This document shows, piece by piece, positions 61,354-64,000 of a stretch of 64,000 nt of DNA (position 1 is its first letter; each line of letters begins with the position of its first letter). A program made the translations under genes and the position numbers. Below the pieces are notes generated by a model. It saw nothing but the letters and a program-made list of their open reading frames with translations. It had not been told where the DNA came from and made no database searches. The stretch is from the human T2T-CHM13v2.0 reference genome, Homo sapiens: NCBI RefSeq assembly GCF_009914755.1, contig NC_060937.1; one strand, given 5' to 3'.

Positions 61354-63682
61354 ACAGAATTAAAAGTAAAATCATATGATCATCTCAATAGACGTGGAAA
61401 GAGGTTTTGGTAAAATCCAACATTCCTTCATGATAAAAGCCCTCAACAAACTAGGCATTGTAGGAACATAGCTCAAAATAAGTGCCATCTGTGACAAACT
61501 CACAGCCAACATCATACTGAACAGTTAAATGCTGGAACCATTCCCCTTGAGAATGGAACAAGACAAGGATACCCACTCTGCCCACTCCTATTCAACACAG
61601 TACTGGAAGTCCTAGCCAGAGCAATCAGGCAAGAGAAAGAAATAAAAGACATCCACATAGGAAAATTAGTCAACTATTTGTCTTTTCTGACAATATGATT
61701 CTATACCTAGAAAACTGTAAAGACACTGCCAAAAGGCTCCTAAAACTGATAAATGACTTCAGTAAAGTTTCAGGATACAAAATAAATGTACAAAAATCAG
61801 TAGCATTTCTACATAACAATAACATTCAAGCTGCGAGTTAAATCAAGAACACAATTCAATTTACAATCATCACACACACACAAAATAAAATACGTAGGAA
61901 TACAGCTAACCAAGGAGGTGAAAAATCTCTACAAAGAGAACTACAAAACACTGCTGAAGGAAATCATAGATCACAGAAACAAACGGAAAAGCATCCCCTG
62001 CTCACAGACTAGAAGAATCAATATTGTTAAAATGGCCACACTGTCCAAAGCAATATACAGATTCAATGTTATTCCTATGAAACTACCAAGTCAGTTTTCA
62101 CAGAATTAGAAAAACTATTTTAAAATTCATATGGAACCAAAAAAGAGCCCAAGTACCCAAAGCAATCTTCAGCAAAAAGAACAAAGCTGGAGGCATCACA
62201 CTACCTGACTTCAAACTATACTATAAGGCTATAGTAGCCAAAAGAGCATAGTATTGATTTTTTAAAAATAGACATATACACCGATGGAACAGAACAGAGA
62301 ACCCCAAATTAAAGCTGCACACCTACAACCATTTGGTCTTTGACAAAGCTGACAAAAACAAGCAGTGGGAAAAGCACTCCCTATTTGATAAATGGTGCTG
62401 CATATGGCTAGTCATATGCAGAAGAATAAAACTAGATCCCTACTTTTCACCACATAAAAAAGTAACTCAAGAAGGATTAAAGATTTAAATGATAGATCTC
62501 AAACTATAAAAATCATAGAAGAAAACCTAGGAAATACCCTTCTCAATATTGGCATTGGAAAATAATTTTTGGTTTTTCTTTCAAGAATGTTTGGCTTTCT
62601 TTCAAAAGCAACTGCGAAAACAAAAGCAAAATTTGACAAATTGGACCTAATTAAACTAAAGCGCTTTTGTACAACAAAAGAAACTATCAACAGAATAAAC
62701 AGATAACTTATAGAACTGGAGAAAATATTTGCAAACTATGTATCTGAGAAAGGTCTAATGTCCAGAATCTATAAGGAACTTAAACAAATTATAAGCAAAA
62801 AATGAATATGTTCATTAAAAAATGGGCAAAGGACATGAACAGACACTTTCCAAAAGAAGACATACAAGTGGTCAGCAGCATTTGAAAAAAATGTTCAATG
62901 TCACTAATCATCAGAGAAATGGAAATCAAAGCCACAATGAGATACCCTTTCATATCAGTCAGAATGGCTGGTAATAAAACGTCAAAAAATAACAGATGCT
63001 GATGATGCTGCAGAGAAAAGAGAATGCTTATACACTGTTGGTGGAAATGTAAATTATTTCAGCCACTATGGAAAGCAGTTTGGAGATTTCTCAAAGAATG
63101 TAAAACAGAACTACCATTTGACCCAGTAATCCCATTACTGGGTATATATCCAAAGGAAAATACATCATTCTACCAAAAAGACACATGCACCTGCATGCTC
63201 ATCACAGCACTATCCACAATAGCAAAGACGTAAAATCAACCAAGGTGCCATCAATGGTGGATTGGATGAAGAAGATGTGGTACCTATATACCATGGAATA
63301 CTGTACAGCTATAGAAAAGAACAAGATCATGTCCTTTGCAGCAACATGAATGCAGCTGGAGGCCATAATCCTAAGTGAATTAACGCAGGGACAGAAAACC
63401 AAATACTACACGCTCTCACTTAAAAGTGAGCTAAACATTGACTATGTATGGACATAAAGATGGGAACAATAGACACTGTGGACTTCTAGAGTGGGGAGAA
63501 AGGGGGATGTGAGCTGAAAAACTACCTATTGGGTACTATGCTCACTATCTTGATGACGGGATCCATACCCTAAACCACAGCATTCTGCAATATACCCATG
63601 TAACAAACCTGCACATGTACCCCCAAATGTAAAATAAAAGTTGAAATTATAAAAACAAAACAATAATAAATAAATAAATAAA
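61354..63682 (+). mobile_element. Sense 3' segment of the same L1P4-class insertion
   Basis: Begins ACAGAATTAAAAG..ATCATATGATCATCTCAATAGA, runs through the ORF2 end and 3' UTR (GAAAAACTACCTATTGGGTACTATGCTCAC...AATAAAAGTTGAAATT) and ends in an A-rich/(TAAA)n tail. Confidence 0.92.
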
Positions 63683-64000
63683 CGCTTCAATGCAGTGTAA
63701 TAAGAGTTCCAGGAGAAAAAAGTTTTAGAATTGGAAAAAACAATGAATCTTTTCACCGGAAGAGCGCCCTGTGGATTCAGAAGTAATCCCAATAACATGA
63801 AGTTTGAAACAGTGAAAAGAAATAAACTCTCTGAAAGAAATGCAGAGATAAAAGAATAACAAGATAATGAAAGCCAGAGAAATAGGAAACATCAATGATT
63901 GGTGCAGAGGGTAAGAAGACAACCCAGCCAAGAAGAGTTAAAGAGTTAAGGGTATAAAAAATAAAATGTCATAGAAGCCTAATGAGCACAAAGTTTTAAG

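Overview
Primate (human-like, catarrhine) nuclear DNA from an intergenic or deep-intronic region. By eye, roughly half is interspersed repeat: about 17 Alus (J, S and Y), a full-length but disabled L1PA5-type LINE-1 (20281-26755) carrying an Alu in ORF2, an older L1P4-class element with a twin-priming 5' inversion (60171-63682), MaLR/ERV1 solo LTRs (THE1B, MST, MLT1, MER57), hAT/Tigger MITEs and old L1M/HAL1/L2/MIR remnants. I see no host protein-coding exon, RNA gene or CRISPR array, and I cannot name the locus. Almost every ORF in the supplied track is repeat-derived or chance. I found no convincing new biological system. The best second-look items are: (1) a ~250-bp inverted templated duplication (15932-16185 copied into an AluJ at 17267-17514); (2) an open L1 ORF0 frame that reads out of the element into flanking DNA; (3) a ~7.6-kb stretch with no recognisable transposon, containing enhancer-like motif clusters and a candidate exon; (4) the twin-primed L1. 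Subfamily names come from recalled consensus diagnostics, not a RepeatMasker run, and boundaries of old elements are approximate.
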